Origin: Antedon mediterranea
Lineage: Eukaryota > Animalia > Echinodermata
Assembly: GCF_964355755.1 (NCBI RefSeq)
Contig: NC_092680.1
Span: forward strand, 6,758,001-6,822,000
Direction of reading: 5' to 3'
Length of the DNA stretch: 64,000 bases
Part shown: positions 62,601 to 64,000 of the stretch, one piece after another
Numbering within the stretch: the first letter of the stretch is position 1
Layout of the letters: each line of letters begins with the position of its first letter
Program-made: the position numbers and the translations under genes
The notes under the pieces: generated by a model
Databases searched by the model: none
The model's input: the letters and a program-made list of their open reading frames with translations, nothing else
What the model was told of the DNA's origin: nothing

Positions 62601-62619
62601 AGATAATGTATACATCCAT
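41623..62619 (-). CDS. Secreted IGFBP N-terminal (IB) domain protein with a 16-Cys C-terminal domain, whole gene: complement(join(41623..41682,46877..47072,60049..60148,62277..62619)), 232 aa
   Basis: Hydrophobic signal peptide and a 12-Cys IB domain with CGCCPVC. Three further Cys-rich exons join with GT..AG ends and phases 1, 2, 0 into one open frame. AATAAA lies about 37 nt after the stop (plus-strand tttatt at 41581). Confidence 0.85.
43074..43233. mobile_element. MITE family B copy (opposite orientation)
   Basis: taa|agctctgtctacactatcaaac...tgtagacagagct. Confidence 0.8.
43862..43955 (+). repeat. 23-bp minisatellite ttactgtatacatactgtatgtg, about 3.7 copies
   Basis: Read directly from the sequence. 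Confidence 0.9.
46877..47072 (-). CDS. IGFBP-domain gene exon 3 (NNADVKMDCQGECQHTSCMACEFVSSEPECGRCKKDDFRCMRQYAKCLKKHVCEKRFPCGLGSEE)
   Basis: cttttctttttcag acceptor, GAG/gtgaga donor, 10 Cys; overlaps ORF 46832..47053. Confidence 0.85.
50209..51582. repeat. Perfect 82-bp inverted repeat (50209-50290 / 51501-51582) with a 1210-bp spacer
   Basis: Base-by-base reverse-complement match. Confidence 0.95.
54133..54161. mobile_element. Micro-hairpin CAGGGAAGAGTTAA-a-TTAACTCTTCCCTG with 7-bp TSD GTTCTCC (P-like footprint)
   Basis: Direct repeats at 54126-54132 and 54162-54168; same ends at 9686-9733. Confidence 0.7.
60049..60148 (-). CDS. IGFBP-domain gene exon 2 (NLQMRDEANRVSGCQPKCTPDFCAENPKSICSAI)
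   Basis: ttttttcaaaatag acceptor, gtaagt donor; phase 1 to 2 bridges exons 1 and 3 exactly; 4 Cys. Confidence 0.85.
60296..60575. mobile_element. Harbinger-type MITE of the CDK7-promoter family (partial copy 60296-60390 + full copy 60392-60575) in intron 1 of the IGFBP-domain gene
   Basis: tta|agcgtggttcccactag...ctagtgggaaccaagct|tta; near-identical to the 2928-3476 copies. Confidence 0.88.
62277..62619 (-). CDS. IGFBP-domain gene exon 1 (signal peptide + IB domain, ...CPGGVTTGVCGCCPVCAKQEGEKCGG...GKCDAGLEC...GICKR)
   Basis: ORF 62269..62619; GCCxxC IGFBP signature; gtaagt donor at 62276. Confidence 0.93.
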
Positions 62620-63039
62620 TGTAGAAAAAGTTATGTGCGTTTTCTAAGTAAGTTCAATTAAGTTGAGTTGACGTAATGCACGACGATATTAACAATGTTA
62701 CGTCATAAGTATCATATCAATTATAATATCCGACTGTCAGAAATAAGTATGTCGTGTCCTTAAAATTCAACTTTTTTTAAAGAGAATACAATCAGCAGCA
62801 CACAGTTAAGAATGCAAAATGCAATTCCTAAGAAATGTTATTAACATCAGTAGCCTATATACTACTCAAATTTTGCTGCGTTTTCGATCCTGTCGTGTCC
62901 AAATTTGTTAGTTGCTTGCTATTAAGAGAATGGCTCAATTTAAGTCTCACAATCGAATGATAACGTGTGTGTGGGTCTTCGGGGACCCGGAATTATTCTG
63001 CAAACTTATTTCGATGATCAGTGCGTATCACTGTCTGTC

Positions 63040-63195
63040 TGTCGGGTTTATTTATGTGTAGGGAAACTCCTGGTCTGTTTAGCTGTCAATGCGAATAAAC
63101 CAATCAGATCACTTGATTTTAGTGAATGCCGTCACTTCTTTAAAAGACGTGGTCAACTAGTGACGTCATAAGGAAGAAGTTTTTGATTGGATGAA
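63040..63195 (-). promoter_or_regulatory. Candidate promoter of the IGFBP-domain gene: full CRE TGACGTCA (63161-63168), two CCAAT boxes (about 63100 and 63187), TATA-like CATAAATAAA (63047-63056)
   Basis: Motif cluster about 430-570 bp upstream of the ATG in a CpG-rich domain. Confidence 0.45.
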
Positions 63196-64000
63196 ACTAC
63201 AGACGTTGGCGAATTTTTCTATCAATAATCACGAATCTAAATATTAGGCCTATACAATATTTACTAAATGCTTGGATTAACTAAACTTAATTGCTACTTA
63301 AATATACGGTTTATACTAACAAAAAGGGTTTATGAAATTCAATGCTATTTAATCAAGGTAGCCTATGTGATTACCGAAAGTCCAATTAGATGCTTCGATA
63401 TAATTATATATTATATAATTAAATTTAAAAAAGTACGAGGAATTAATTTAAAGCAATATAGCAAATATTACAAATTTAAAATTAAATAATAGCGTGATTA
63501 GACTCCTGTTTCGTTTACTTTAGTTCTTAGTCTTATCTTAATCTTAAAATCCATAATAAAACATTTAAGTGTAGTTGTAATGAGGAAAGCAAGAACACAT
63601 TGTCTACATTAAAGCAATGCAATTAATTGCCTTGATTAAAGTATCTGTTAATTTTGGTTGTTCTTAATGGATTGTAAAATAATACCGTACATGTTTTACA
63701 TCTCGATTGTGAATATTGTCTGCTGCCCTCATTAGTAAAAATTACTCAAAACATGCACAACAATCAAATCATCGTCCAAAAAAACCACACATCAACAAAA
63801 ACATTCGCGGCCCGTGACAACAAAAAATCAGAATGGGAAAGCTTATAAAGTAAAACTTTGATAAGCGTAAACATTAATTTGTATAGTTTACTGGCCCTAG
63901 GGCTAGAAATAAACTGTCCTCTATCTTCTATGCTAATAAAAGCCGCTTGCTTGCTAACTAGTAGAGACTCTAGGCTAGGCCTTAGCTAGCTCGATAGACT

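Overview
AT-rich, intron-containing animal genomic DNA; the repeat content suggests an invertebrate deuterostome such as an echinoderm (inference). Two convergent protein-coding genes can be rebuilt exon by exon with consistent splice phases. CDK7 (CDK-activating kinase) lies on + (10 coding exons, 3818..15656, 349 aa). A secreted protein with an IGFBP domain plus a 16-Cys C-terminal domain lies on - (4 coding exons, 62619..41623, 232 aa). The rest is intronic or intergenic and rich in transposon relics: a 3.2-kb MULE with spliced transposase remnants and nested elements, TTAA-flanked Kolobok-type elements, two PIF/Harbinger-type MITE families, pogo-like MITEs, a 5S-derived SINE, tRNA/Deu-domain SINEs, and RTE and L2 fragments. 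Most notable observations: (1) several 23-48 bp CA..TG hairpins flanked by 7-bp direct repeats that look like P-element excision footprints; (2) a Met gatekeeper in CDK7; (3) a duplicated CDK7 splice donor that may create a new micro-exon; (4) a CCAAT-bearing MITE array at the CDK7 promoter; (5) a perfect 82-bp inverted duplication in an intron. No prokaryote-type system (CRISPR etc.) is present. All family assignments come from motif recognition, not database searches.
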